Assembly (NCBI GenBank): GCA_016284575.1
Contig: JAEEPD010000041.1
Location: 1-57,532, forward strand
Source: Bacillota bacterium
GTDB lineage: Bacteria > Bacillota > Clostridia > Peptostreptococcales > Anaerovoracaceae
DNA length: 57,532 bases
Direction of reading: 5' to 3'
Shown here in pieces: positions 7,598 to 16,593 of this stretch; positions within the stretch are counted from its first letter, which is position 1; each line of letters begins with the position of its first letter. Below the pieces are notes generated by a model. It was not told the DNA's origin, made no database searches, and saw only the letters and a list, made by a program, of their open reading frames with translations. The position numbers were made by a program, and so were the translations under genes.

Positions 7598-8551
7598 ATG
7601 GATATGGATATCAAAGCGATAATCGGCGAGATGAAAAAGGCGGTTTTCGGCAAGGACGATGTGCTGGAGAAAATACTCATGTGCATCATGGCCGAGGGCC
7701 ACGTGATAATGGAGGACAAGCCCGGCGTGGGCAAGACCACCATCGCCAAGACCGTTTCAAAGGTCCTGGGGCTGAAATCCAAGAGGATACAGTTCACCAG
7801 CGATGTTATGCCATCGGACGTGACCGGCTACATCACCTATAATAAAAACAAGGGGTCCGACGAATTCGTCCCCGGGCCCATTTTCGATACCAATATACTG
7901 CTGGCCGATGAGATAAACCGGGCCAGCTCCAAATGCCAGGCGGCGCTTCTGGAGGTAATGCAGGAAAGGCAGGCCACTATAAGCTCCGAGGCCAAGGCCG
8001 TGGACGACCCCTTCGTGGTCATAGCCACCATGAACCCCTATATCTCCTCCCTTTACGGTGTCAGCGTCCTGCCCCAGTCGGAGCTGGACCGCTTCTCCAT
8101 GGCCCTTTCCGTTGGCTATCCCAAAAAGGAGGACGAGATTGCCCTGCTGGCTTCAAGAGACAAGGGCGACCCCGTGGAGAGCCTCAGCACCGTCACAAGC
8201 CGGGAGGAGATCCTTGCAGCAAGGGAGGAGGCCGGCAATGCTTTTGTGGCGCCTGAGATCTACCACTACGTCTACGATCTGACTGCAGCCACAAGGAGAC
8301 ACCCTGACATCGAGATCGGCCTCTCCCCAAGGGCTGAGCTCACCCTGCTGCGGCTGGCTAAAACCGCGGCATATTTCGATGGCAGAGATTACGTCATACC
8401 GGCGGACATAGGCCGCGTCTTCCCGGATGTGGCTGTCCACAGGATACAGACCAGGGAGCAGGAGCTGACCGTCATTTCTGAAAGGCGCATGCAGCTTCTT
8501 GCCCAGATCATGGACAGCACGCCCACTCCCAAATTCTTCAGCGGAAGATGA
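7598..8551 (+). CDS. MoxR-family AAA+ ATPase
   Basis: Walker A DKPGVGKTT, Walker B ILLADEINRA, MNPYISS...LPQSELDRF sensor region. Start set at MDMDIK (7598), 14 nt after the esterase stop. Confidence 0.85.
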   Translation: MDMDIKAIIGEMKKAVFGKDDVLEKILMCIMAEGHVIMEDKPGVGKTTIAKTVSKVLGLKSKRIQFTSDVMPSDVTGYITYNKNKGSDEFVPGPIFDTNILLADEINRASSKCQAALLEVMQERQATISSEAKAVDDPFVVIATMNPYISSLYGVSVLPQSELDRFSMALSVGYPKKEDEIALLASRDKGDPVESLSTVTSREEILAAREEAGNAFVAPEIYHYVYDLTAATRRHPDIEIGLSPRAELTLLRLAKTAAYFDGRDYVIPADIGRVFPDVAVHRIQTREQELTVISERRMQLLAQIMDSTPTPKFFSGR

Positions 8552-9429
8552 TACTGATATTTCTTGCACTCTTATTCATACTTAAATTCAACAGCCCTGC
8601 GGTATTCCTCGACTACCTGATAGGGCTTGTTCTGGTGCTCTGCGCCGCCTCGGTCCTCTATACCCTGTGGGTAGCCCGCAGCCTTCACGTGCAGGTGGAC
8701 ACCGGTCCTGATTCCGTGCACGAAGGAGAGGACATCTCCGTCACCGTAAGGGTCAGCTCCCCGGAGTTTTTCGGAAAGCTCAGGGCCTGCTTTTCGCTGC
8801 ACAATCTTCAGCGGAGCAAAAGCTCTTCAGAAAAGAGGATCATCACCGAGCACCGTACGGAATTCCGCTTCAGCGGGTCCGAGACAGGCACCATAGAGCT
8901 TTCGGTGCCCTACGTTGAGATCTACGGAGTCTTCGGGGTCTTTCGCATCAGGCGCAGAGATCTGTTCGCCGCAAGGGTCAACGTCTACCCGAACCCTGGT
9001 CCCAGTCCTGACAGGCACGTCCGCATGGTCTACATCCCCGGAGACGGCGAGACCCATAACGCAAAGGGGGACGACTACACCGAGATCTTCGAGCTGAGGC
9101 CCCTTCAGGAGGGCGACAGCCTGCGCCACGTACACAGGCAGCTCAGCGCCAAATACGACGAATACATCATCAAAGTAGGCTCCGATTCCAGACGCAAGGT
9201 CTATAATTATTACATCGAAAACGGTCTGGATTTCCCCGAGATATCAGACAGGATCGCGGAGATGTTCACCCTGCTCAGATCCCTGGACATGGAGGACGGC
9301 TCCCTTATGGCAGCGTCCTACAAGGGACGTTTCTACGCCATGGTGAATATGACCCAGCTCTACGGCCTGACGGACCGCATCTACGCGGACTATCTTCCCG
9401 AGGGCGAAAAGACCGGGAGGTCAGCATGA
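8548..9429 (+). CDS. DUF58-family protein (MoxR partner)
   Basis: Two N-terminal TM helices. Degenerate DUF58 signature ELRPLQEGDSLRHVHRQLSAK. ATGA overlap with the moxR stop and with the following gene. Confidence 0.65.
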   Translation: MILIFLALLFILKFNSPAVFLDYLIGLVLVLCAASVLYTLWVARSLHVQVDTGPDSVHEGEDISVTVRVSSPEFFGKLRACFSLHNLQRSKSSSEKRIITEHRTEFRFSGSETGTIELSVPYVEIYGVFGVFRIRRRDLFAARVNVYPNPGPSPDRHVRMVYIPGDGETHNAKGDDYTEIFELRPLQEGDSLRHVHRQLSAKYDEYIIKVGSDSRRKVYNYYIENGLDFPEISDRIAEMFTLLRSLDMEDGSLMAASYKGRFYAMVNMTQLYGLTDRIYADYLPEGEKTGRSA

Positions 9430-12305
9430 ATATCCCCGGCTCTGTAAAAAAGCTGACAGGTTCAGTCATACTGGTCCTGGAGGTCGTACTGCTCTGGCAG
9501 ACTGCCCCCCTGCTCTCCCTTGAGATCCTTCCGGAATGGAACAAATGGAGCGGAAGGCTCAGCCTTGGGCTGTTTGCGGCCCTTGCAGCAGTCTCCCTTC
9601 TGCTGTTCTGGCTGGAGAGCATAAAGGGCAAAACGGCCCTTTTCACCCCCATCTGGGGCTTTGTCTGCCTGTTCCTTGCCAATACCCTCTACGTACCTGA
9701 TCACAGGCTTCAGTTCGCCCTGGCCGCGGCTCTGCTGCTCCTTATGGTAAACAAGGGCCTGTTCAGAAGTCCTGAATCCACCGCAGTGGTGCTGGTGGTT
9801 ATACTGGTCTGCGCCCTGGCTGCGGTCCCGCTGATCCCCGCCATAAGCCGCATAGAAAAGCCCAGGCTCTACACCACCCTTGAAAACTTCTGGTGGGACC
9901 TGTTCACCACAGTCACAAGCACTAAAGAGGCCGGCCGGTCCCTGTCCCTGCCCGGGGTGGAGAGCGACAACCAGAGCGGGGTACCGGACAACATGATAAC
10001 AAACGACCCCTTCCCTGAAGAGGACGATACCCCCATATGCAGCATCAGATCCACCTACCCTCTGGAGCTGCTTTACGTATTTGCCTGCGGAGACTACGAT
10101 CCCGAAAGCTTTACATTCTCCGTCATGGACGACCCCTCCAATGTTCCGGGCTCCCGCAGCCCTTCACTTTTCTATTTCAGAAAGGTCACTGACGGCACCG
10201 AGTTTTCAGACCGGGCTGTCATTACGGATCACCGACCCAACCACGGCATGATGCCCAGGCCCTACTGCTCCTTCAGAAGCAGCTCCGAGGGCGTGGATGG
10301 CTTCGGTGACCGCTTCATTTACAGGCCGGAGGCCTTTGCTCTGGAGCCTGCCCACTACTCCTTCGAGCCCGGGGAGCTCTACAGCTACAGGACCTCGGGA
10401 TATGCCAGGGTGGCAAAGACGGAATACCTGAGGCTGCCTGATCAATTCGGTGAAAGCGTCCGCCATCTCCTGAGAAATTATGGACTGGACCTGGCTGAGC
10501 CGGAGGAAGCGGATGACGCTTACATCTACAGGATAGTTTCCGAAGTACAGGAGATGCTGTCCTCGGAATACAGCTACAGCAACACGCCGCCGGAGCTTCC
10601 GGAGGATGAGGACCCGGTGATGTGGTTTCTTACAGACAGCAGGACGGGCTACAGCAAGCATTTCGCGGCAGCGGAGGTCTTCCTCTACAGAGCCGCAGGC
10701 ATCCCTGCCCGCTACAGCTTCGGCTACAAAGTAAGAGAATATAATGACGGCGAGGCAGAGGTTCTGCGCCGCGATTACGTCGCCTTCTGCGAGGTCTTCT
10801 ACGGTGGATCCTGGGTGCAGCCGGAATATGTTCTTGCCAAAGGAAGCGGCCAGAAGGAGCGTGAAAGCTCGGCTCAGGTCCATGAATCAGAGGAGGCTGT
10901 TTTCCTCTCCAATGACTACGATATCAGCCACCTCAAGGGCACCGCTTCCATGTTCGGCTCATACGAGGGAAGCAGGAACGCTGCCATTTCCAGAAACCCC
11001 GTCAACGAAAAGGACTTCACCGTCACCCTCATAGTGGACGCCGGAACCGGCGCGGATTACATCAAGGCCTACAGCGCGGGAGACTACAGCTACCCCGGCG
11101 GCAGCTTCAGCATTGCCGCGGACATTGCCTCTGCCCCGGACTTCGGCGAGGATATAAGCTTCGGAGAATATGCGGCTGAAGCCTTCATGAGCAGGCCCTC
11201 CGAAGGTGACAGCCTCCCGAAAGATGGCCCGGGCTTCAGGGTCTTCAACATGTTCGCCCCAAGATATATCTACGCGCCTGTCTTTACCGTCAGCACCGAA
11301 GGGCTGGCTGCGGGAGAGCCGGAGAGCTTCGGCATGTCCGCCGACAGGATGATCATCCCCCTTTCGGGGAAGGCCTCCTATGACGACTACACCATATACG
11401 AGGGCGGCGAGGCTGCCGGGGCAAATGAGACCTATGCGGAGTACGCCCGCGAAAAGTACACAAGGGTGCCGGAGGATATGCTCTATTATCTTAAGCGCTT
11501 CCTTGCGGAAAACGGCATAGATCCAGATGATCCGGACAAGGCAAAGCTCATGGATCAGGTCCTTGCCCTGCTCAGCGGATATACCTACACCAGGCAGATA
11601 GAGATAATACCTGCGGCTGAGGATCCTCTGCTCTGGTTCCTTACAGAAAGCCGCGAGGGCTACTGCCAGCATTTCGCCTCCGCGGGGACCATGCTGCTCC
11701 GCACCTGCGGCATCCCCGCCAGGTACTGCTTTGGCTACCTTAAAAGGCTGAAGCCCGGAACCATCTCAGAGCTTACGGTGCAGGATGCCCACGCATGGAC
11801 GGAGGTTTTCGACGGAAAATACTGGCAGCTGCTGGAGACCTGCGTAGGCATCCCTGCGGAAGGACAGCTCCTGCCATCAGGCATCAGGACAGAGCATCAG
11901 ACGATCTTCCTTCCTTCTCCTGCGCCTGCGGAAAAGCCACTTCAAAGCTTCAGCCTACCCGGCTGGGTGCTCCCCGCCCTGGCCATCGCCCTGCTCCTCT
12001 TCCTTGCGGTCCGGTTCGCCGGGCTCCTTAAAAAGCACCGCCCGGATGCGCTGCAGGAAGCCGAGATCCGCTACAGATATCTCAGAAAATACTATTACAT
12101 AAACGATGAAACAGAGGCCCTGCTGAACAGGATCTGCTACTCCAGAGACGGAGCCCGGGCCGAGGATGTGGCGGCCCTTGACGCCTGCTGCGCCAGAGCC
12201 GGGAAGCTCCTCCTGTACCGCCATAAATACCTCAGCTACGCCGTCTCAAGGCTCAACTACGCCCGCTGGGTCCTCCGGGCCACCCTGAAAAATATGGGCA
12301 GGTAA
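9426..12305 (+). CDS. Membrane-anchored transglutaminase-like protein with two tandem TGase modules
   Basis: N-terminal ~5 TM helices and a C-terminal TM. Module 2 has an intact core EGYCQHFASAG...GIPARYCFGY...DAHAWTEVF. Module 1 has TGYSKHFAAAE...GIPARYSFGY...DYVAFCEVF (Cys to Ser, His to Val). Confidence 0.8.
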   Translation: MNIPGSVKKLTGSVILVLEVVLLWQTAPLLSLEILPEWNKWSGRLSLGLFAALAAVSLLLFWLESIKGKTALFTPIWGFVCLFLANTLYVPDHRLQFALAAALLLLMVNKGLFRSPESTAVVLVVILVCALAAVPLIPAISRIEKPRLYTTLENFWWDLFTTVTSTKEAGRSLSLPGVESDNQSGVPDNMITNDPFPEEDDTPICSIRSTYPLELLYVFACGDYDPESFTFSVMDDPSNVPGSRSPSLFYFRKVTDGTEFSDRAVITDHRPNHGMMPRPYCSFRSSSEGVDGFGDRFIYRPEAFALEPAHYSFEPGELYSYRTSGYARVAKTEYLRLPDQFGESVRHLLRNYGLDLAEPEEADDAYIYRIVSEVQEMLSSEYSYSNTPPELPEDEDPVMWFLTDSRTGYSKHFAAAEVFLYRAAGIPARYSFGYKVREYNDGEAEVLRRDYVAFCEVFYGGSWVQPEYVLAKGSGQKERESSAQVHESEEAVFLSNDYDISHLKGTASMFGSYEGSRNAAISRNPVNEKDFTVTLIVDAGTGADYIKAYSAGDYSYPGGSFSIAADIASAPDFGEDISFGEYAAEAFMSRPSEGDSLPKDGPGFRVFNMFAPRYIYAPVFTVSTEGLAAGEPESFGMSADRMIIPLSGKASYDDYTIYEGGEAAGANETYAEYAREKYTRVPEDMLYYLKRFLAENGIDPDDPDKAKLMDQVLALLSGYTYTRQIEIIPAAEDPLLWFLTESREGYCQHFASAGTMLLRTCGIPARYCFGYLKRLKPGTISELTVQDAHAWTEVFDGKYWQLLETCVGIPAEGQLLPSGIRTEHQTIFLPSPAPAEKPLQSFSLPGWVLPALAIALLLFLAVRFAGLLKKHRPDALQEAEIRYRYLRKYYYINDETEALLNRICYSRDGARAEDVAALDACCARAGKLLLYRHKYLSYAVSRLNYARWVLRATLKNMGR

Positions 12306-12343
12306 AAAGCCGGGAGCCAGCCAGACAGTAAAGCAACATAAAA

Positions 12344-12368
12344 CAGGCGAGCCGTGATGGCTCGCCTG
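12344..12368. terminator. Bidirectional intrinsic terminator
   Basis: caggcgagcc-gtgat-ggctcgcctg hairpin, flanked by AAAA upstream and a T-rich tgcgttt downstream. Lies between convergent genes. Confidence 0.6.
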
Positions 12369-12438
12369 TGCGTTTAATACGTGATATGGGACAAAATCGT
12401 TGATGACCGATCCCGGTTTCGTGATAGTTCAAAGGGCA

Positions 12439-13155
12439 TTAGTCCTCGTCCTCGAAGAATTCCCTGGCGTTGAAGACCTTGCAGATCTTCTTGTAGTCTC
12501 CGAAGACGGTTATCTTGTCGTTGTCCTCGAAGACTGTATCTGCGGATGCGGCCTCCGCCTTCCTGCCCGGCTTTTCCACGATCATCACCAGTATGCCGTG
12601 GTCATTCTTCAGGCCCGAATCCATCAGCTTCACGCCCTTCAGCTCCTCCGGCACCTTGTGCAGCCGCACCGCTGCTATGGAATCCTGCCCTATGTAATCC
12701 AGCAGCATTACCGAATTCGAGGAGCTCCTGTTCACCAGCCTGCCGGCCAGCCTTTCCAGGATGGCATCTCCCCAGGACCTGACCGCAGGTATCCTGATCA
12801 GCAGGATTATTACCACCAGGGTCCCGAAGGGTATCAGGCCGCCCAGCAGGTAGTTCTTCGCCTGGTTCACCTTCATGGACAGAAATACGTTTATAAAAGC
12901 CGAAACTATGGTTATGTAGAACACGTAGCCGAAGAGCATGGTCGCCCTGGTCAGCCGCCTCCTGGATTTGGAGGACAGTACCATCTCGCTCTCGCGGGTG
13001 GTGAAGCCCGTGCCTGTCAGCAGCGAGATCACCTGAAAGCGGGCCCGCTCCGAGGGCAGTCCCGTAAAGCGGAACAGTATGGTGAAGAGCTCGGTGATCA
13101 CACCATAGAGCAGTATTACCAGTGTAAACAGCGAGAAAGCAGCATAAATATTCAT
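12439..13155 (-). CDS. Small membrane protein with C-terminal TrkA-C (RCK_C) domain
   Basis: 238 aa. Three hydrophobic helices with a pore-loop-like SLLTGTGFTT between helices 1 and 2. The C-terminal beta-rich domain (LLDYIGQDSIAAVRLHKVPEELKGVKLMDSGL...ILVMIVEKPG...DKITVFGD) is typical of TrkA-C. Confidence 0.65.
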   Translation of the reverse strand: MNIYAAFSLFTLVILLYGVITELFTILFRFTGLPSERARFQVISLLTGTGFTTRESEMVLSSKSRRRLTRATMLFGYVFYITIVSAFINVFLSMKVNQAKNYLLGGLIPFGTLVVIILLIRIPAVRSWGDAILERLAGRLVNRSSSNSVMLLDYIGQDSIAAVRLHKVPEELKGVKLMDSGLKNDHGILVMIVEKPGRKAEAASADTVFEDNDKITVFGDYKKICKVFNAREFFEDED

Positions 13156-13180
13156 TCTTTTCCCCTCTTAAAGCATATAT

Positions 13181-15217
13181 TTACAGGAAGGATGAGCCTC
13201 CCGTCACTATCCAGCAGGCGAGAACGCCGCTGAAAAGACCGCCTATCCAGGCGTTTCCGGTCCTGCGGTAGCAGTAGCAGCCCAGAAGGCTGTAGACCAC
13301 GATCTGGGGCAGCAGCAGTATCATAAGTGACATGAAGGGCCCGCCGAAGGTGCTGCCGAAAAGCAGATCCGCGCCGGGGCCTATTTCCGCAAAGAACGGA
13401 ATGTACTCGATCAGGACTATCAGAAGTATGCCGCCGGTCATAACAAGGCCGCTGCGCCACCAGCTTCCCATAAAGCCCCTGAAGCCGGGCTTATAGCTGG
13501 CCTCGCACCTGAGGGTGGCCATTGCCTTGGCATTCACCATCACAAAGTAGCAGGCAAAGAAGCAGATATAGAGGAAGAACTGGCCGAGGCGCATGGCGTT
13601 GAAGGTCCCGAGCATGGGCCATATTATGCGAAGGTCCAGCATGAACATGGCATCGCAGAGGGCGGCGAAGGCGTACACAAGGCCTGCTATGCAGAGAACC
13701 AGAAGAAGGGACCTGAAGCCCAGAGCCCAGCTTAACTTTCCTGGCTTATCCTTGACGCCCAGACCTTTTTCGTACCAGTTCAGGGTCTGACCCTTCTTCT
13801 TAGCCTTTGCCCTTCCGACCAGCAATATCACCAGATTTATAAGCATTATGAAGCTGTACCAGGTGATGAGGCCGTTGCCCACGGTCATGCGGAAGAGATG
13901 CTCCGGCAGGGGAACCAGAGCGTGACCCAGCTGGGTGGCGAAGGGGTAAAGGATGCCGCCGATCAGCATGGTGATGATGGCTGAACGCCACCATTTTCCG
14001 CCTCTCAGCATCCTGGTGCGGCTGGGAAGCTCCTGCCTTAAGGGCTTAAAGAAGCCCGTTTCCAGCAGCAGGTCCATGAGAGCCAGGGCTGCCCCCAGCA
14101 CCAGCAGAAGAGCCGCCAGATTCAGCCATTCCTTGGTCATGGCGATCTGGTCCATGGGGTGGAGCCCGCCGTTTGCGTACCTGTTTTTCATCTCCGGAGT
14201 GCCCATGGACTCGTCGAACCAGTTGAGAGCCATGCCCAGACCCTCGGCATTGTGGGTGGTGAGCCTGTGATTGGTCCGAAGAAGCCTTATCATCCTTGCG
14301 CTGCCATCGCTGAAATAGCCGTAGATCCTGTCCCAGCGGGCTTCCTCGGGAGTGGTCCCAAGGAACTCGCAGCGCAGAGGCGATCTTATAAGCTCTTCCG
14401 AGACGGTGTTCTGATAGTCCCTGAAATAGCTGAATTCATCGTATTTTGCCTGCAGCAGCAGTACATTGTTGAACTTTATGTTTTCGGAATCGTAAGCGCT
14501 GTCTCTGAAGAGCTCGCCGCACTGAAGCACCGTGGCCTTTGGCATTATGTCCGCGCCGTATTCATTGGTAGCTCCGGAGTAGGCTGCCGCCACGGACCAG
14601 GCCGCCCAGGTACCCATGGAGTGACCGCTTATCCCAAGCCTTGTCTCGTCAACATTGGGCAGATCCGCCAGCCACTTGTAGGCCGCGATACCGCCTTCGG
14701 CGCTGTTTCTGATGCTGTTTCCGGCATCGTCCTTCGTGTATTTATCGTCGAAAAAGCTCAGGTTGGAGAAATTCATCAGCACCCTGTAGCGTATGGTCCC
14801 GCCTATCTTCTTGAATGTGCCGTCGGCCTCGCTTTCCTCGCCGAAATTCACCGACACCTTCTTGTTAACATAGCCTCTGGCCTCGAGCCCGGGCACCGTC
14901 TTTCCGTGGCCGAACTCATCTATCGCAAGGACCACATAGCCCCTTCTGGCCAGCTCTATGGCATAGGCTGCGCAGGTCTCGTGATCGTTCTGATAGCCGT
15001 GGAGAAGCAGCACCCCCGGCGCCGGAGCCTCCTCCGTGGCTGTCTTGGGGGTATACATCTTGTAGTACAACTGCCCGTCCTCCGTGGCCAGTACGCCCTC
15101 GCTAATGTCGATGGAACCCATGCCATGCTGAATATAGTCAGCCCCCAGCATGCTGATAAAGGCAAGCACCAGCAGAAGAGCCAGCGCTATGGCGGATCTT
15201 TTCTGAGCTTTGGACAT
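13181..15217 (-). CDS. Alpha/beta hydrolase fused to a C-terminal polytopic membrane domain
   Basis: Signal-anchor helix, then a hydrolase domain (LLLHGYQNDHE, nucleophile GISGHSMG, AKYDEF, TNHRLTTH). About 8 hydrophobic helices follow in the last ~320 aa. Start set at MSKAQKR (GGGAGGAAA RBS). Confidence 0.7.
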   Translation of the reverse strand: MSKAQKRSAIALALLLVLAFISMLGADYIQHGMGSIDISEGVLATEDGQLYYKMYTPKTATEEAPAPGVLLLHGYQNDHETCAAYAIELARRGYVVLAIDEFGHGKTVPGLEARGYVNKKVSVNFGEESEADGTFKKIGGTIRYRVLMNFSNLSFFDDKYTKDDAGNSIRNSAEGGIAAYKWLADLPNVDETRLGISGHSMGTWAAWSVAAAYSGATNEYGADIMPKATVLQCGELFRDSAYDSENIKFNNVLLLQAKYDEFSYFRDYQNTVSEELIRSPLRCEFLGTTPEEARWDRIYGYFSDGSARMIRLLRTNHRLTTHNAEGLGMALNWFDESMGTPEMKNRYANGGLHPMDQIAMTKEWLNLAALLLVLGAALALMDLLLETGFFKPLRQELPSRTRMLRGGKWWRSAIITMLIGGILYPFATQLGHALVPLPEHLFRMTVGNGLITWYSFIMLINLVILLVGRAKAKKKGQTLNWYEKGLGVKDKPGKLSWALGFRSLLLVLCIAGLVYAFAALCDAMFMLDLRIIWPMLGTFNAMRLGQFFLYICFFACYFVMVNAKAMATLRCEASYKPGFRGFMGSWWRSGLVMTGGILLIVLIEYIPFFAEIGPGADLLFGSTFGGPFMSLMILLLPQIVVYSLLGCYCYRRTGNAWIGGLFSGVLACWIVTGGSSFL

Positions 15218-15276
15218 CTTGTTTTCCTCCCGGCTCAAGGCCTTCTGCACATTATAATCTTTTTTAATTGTATCAT

Positions 15277-15300
15277 AAAAAACCGGGGCAGAGGCCCCGG
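15277..15300 (-). terminator. Intrinsic terminator of the DUF4349 gene
   Basis: On the minus strand: ccggggc-ctct-gccccgg followed by TTTTTT. Confidence 0.6.
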
Positions 15301-15336
15301 CATCGATAAAATTTTACTATTAAGGTATGGTTTTCT

Positions 15337-16470
15337 TTACTGCTTTGCATCCTCAGGAGCCGCATCCGCCTTCTGCGCCGCTTCAGCAGCCTCCTCCGCC
15401 TCTTTCGCAGCCCTTCTCTTCTTCAGATACTTCCTTCCGAAGTGGATGACCACCCAGGCGACTATAACGAAGATGATGATACCCACAAGATTGTAGCTGA
15501 ACCAGAAGGCGAAGTCCTCCAGCCCGTCCTTTACGTTGTCCAGGCCGTTTTTGAAGCTTCTCTGCAGCCTTGCAAGGAAGCTGTTGTCCTGCTCAATTGG
15601 CGGATCCACTCTGTTGACCTTGCTGATGCTGATGTTGATGGTGGAGTAGCCCACCAGGCTGTCGTAGCGGTTCAGTCTGGAGCCGAAGCTGTCGATCTGG
15701 TATTCCACATCGCTGAGAGCGCTCTCCAGCTCGATGATGTCCTTCATCTCCGTGGCCTTGCTCAGCAGCTCCAGCAGCCTGTCGTGCTTTATCTTAAGGG
15801 TCTCCAGCCTTGCCTCGGTATCCGCATACTGCAGACCTATGTCCTCCACGCTCTGGTTGATATTTACGATGTGAGCCACATTGCCGAACTCGTTGATGAA
15901 GTTCTGATAATTCTTCGAAGGAACGCGGACCACGTAATTGCCCTGCATGTAGGAGCCGCCGCTGTAGTAGCTGCCGTTGTCCACGTAAGCGCTCTCGAAG
16001 TAGCCCGCATAGTGGGCCACCAGACCGTTAAGATCCTGCACTGCCTGATCGAAGTCCAGGGTCTGTACCTGCACATCAGCCCTGTAGATGAGCTTCATGT
16101 TGTCAGTGTTAAGGCTTCCCACCTGCATGGCCAGATTGCTGCTCCCGGAGCCTCCGTCGCTGTAGCCAGCGGAGCCGGGCTTGCCGGCGGCGTTGGCGGT
16201 CTTCTGTTCCGCCTCCATCATCCAGCCGCCGCCCGCAGACTCTGAAGCCATGGGAGCCTCGTAATAGCCGTCAGCCTCAGCCTCGTCCTCAGCCTTAGCG
16301 TAATTGCCATTGTCGTAGTACCAGGAACTGCTGGCGCTCTTTCTGCTGTAGCCAAAGCCTCCGCTTCCTATGGAGCCCGCAAACAGGCCCACCACCAGGG
16401 CCAGGGCTATGCCGCCCATCCAGCCCAGATTCTTTTTGTTTATAGATTTGAGAAAGCTCTTCTTTTTCAT
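15337..16470 (-). CDS. DUF4349-domain membrane protein
   Basis: N-terminal TM, Gly/Ser/Tyr-rich spacer, then a DUF4349-like core (LIYRADVQVQTLDFDQAV...VRVPSKNYQNF...LETLKIKHDRLLELL...YSTINISI). C-terminal TM plus an Ala/Glu-rich tail. The start could also be 16488. Confidence 0.65.
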   Translation of the reverse strand: MKKKSFLKSINKKNLGWMGGIALALVVGLFAGSIGSGGFGYSRKSASSSWYYDNGNYAKAEDEAEADGYYEAPMASESAGGGWMMEAEQKTANAAGKPGSAGYSDGGSGSSNLAMQVGSLNTDNMKLIYRADVQVQTLDFDQAVQDLNGLVAHYAGYFESAYVDNGSYYSGGSYMQGNYVVRVPSKNYQNFINEFGNVAHIVNINQSVEDIGLQYADTEARLETLKIKHDRLLELLSKATEMKDIIELESALSDVEYQIDSFGSRLNRYDSLVGYSTINISISKVNRVDPPIEQDNSFLARLQRSFKNGLDNVKDGLEDFAFWFSYNLVGIIIFVIVAWVVIHFGRKYLKKRRAAKEAEEAAEAAQKADAAPEDAKQ

Positions 16471-16550
16471 TTTCAATACCCTCTTCATCCTGCCGCCGGA
16501 TGCGGCCTTTCTTAAGTCCGGCCGCCCCTTTGCGGCCCTTTCACCTGTAA

Positions 16551-16590
16551 AGACGAAGAAACGCCTCCGCGGTCACGCAGGAGGCGCATT
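16551..16590 (-). terminator. Intrinsic terminator of the DUF3048 gene
   Basis: cgcctccgcg...cgcaggaggcg hairpin with T-rich tracts on both sides, immediately after the stop at 16594. Confidence 0.5.
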
Positions 16591-16593
16591 TTT

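Noticed and set aside
12400-13233. 277-aa plus-strand ORF spanning the TrkA-C gene.
   Set aside because: It is antisense to a gene with clear TM and TrkA-C features, and its product is His/Gln/Gly-rich nonsense-like sequence.
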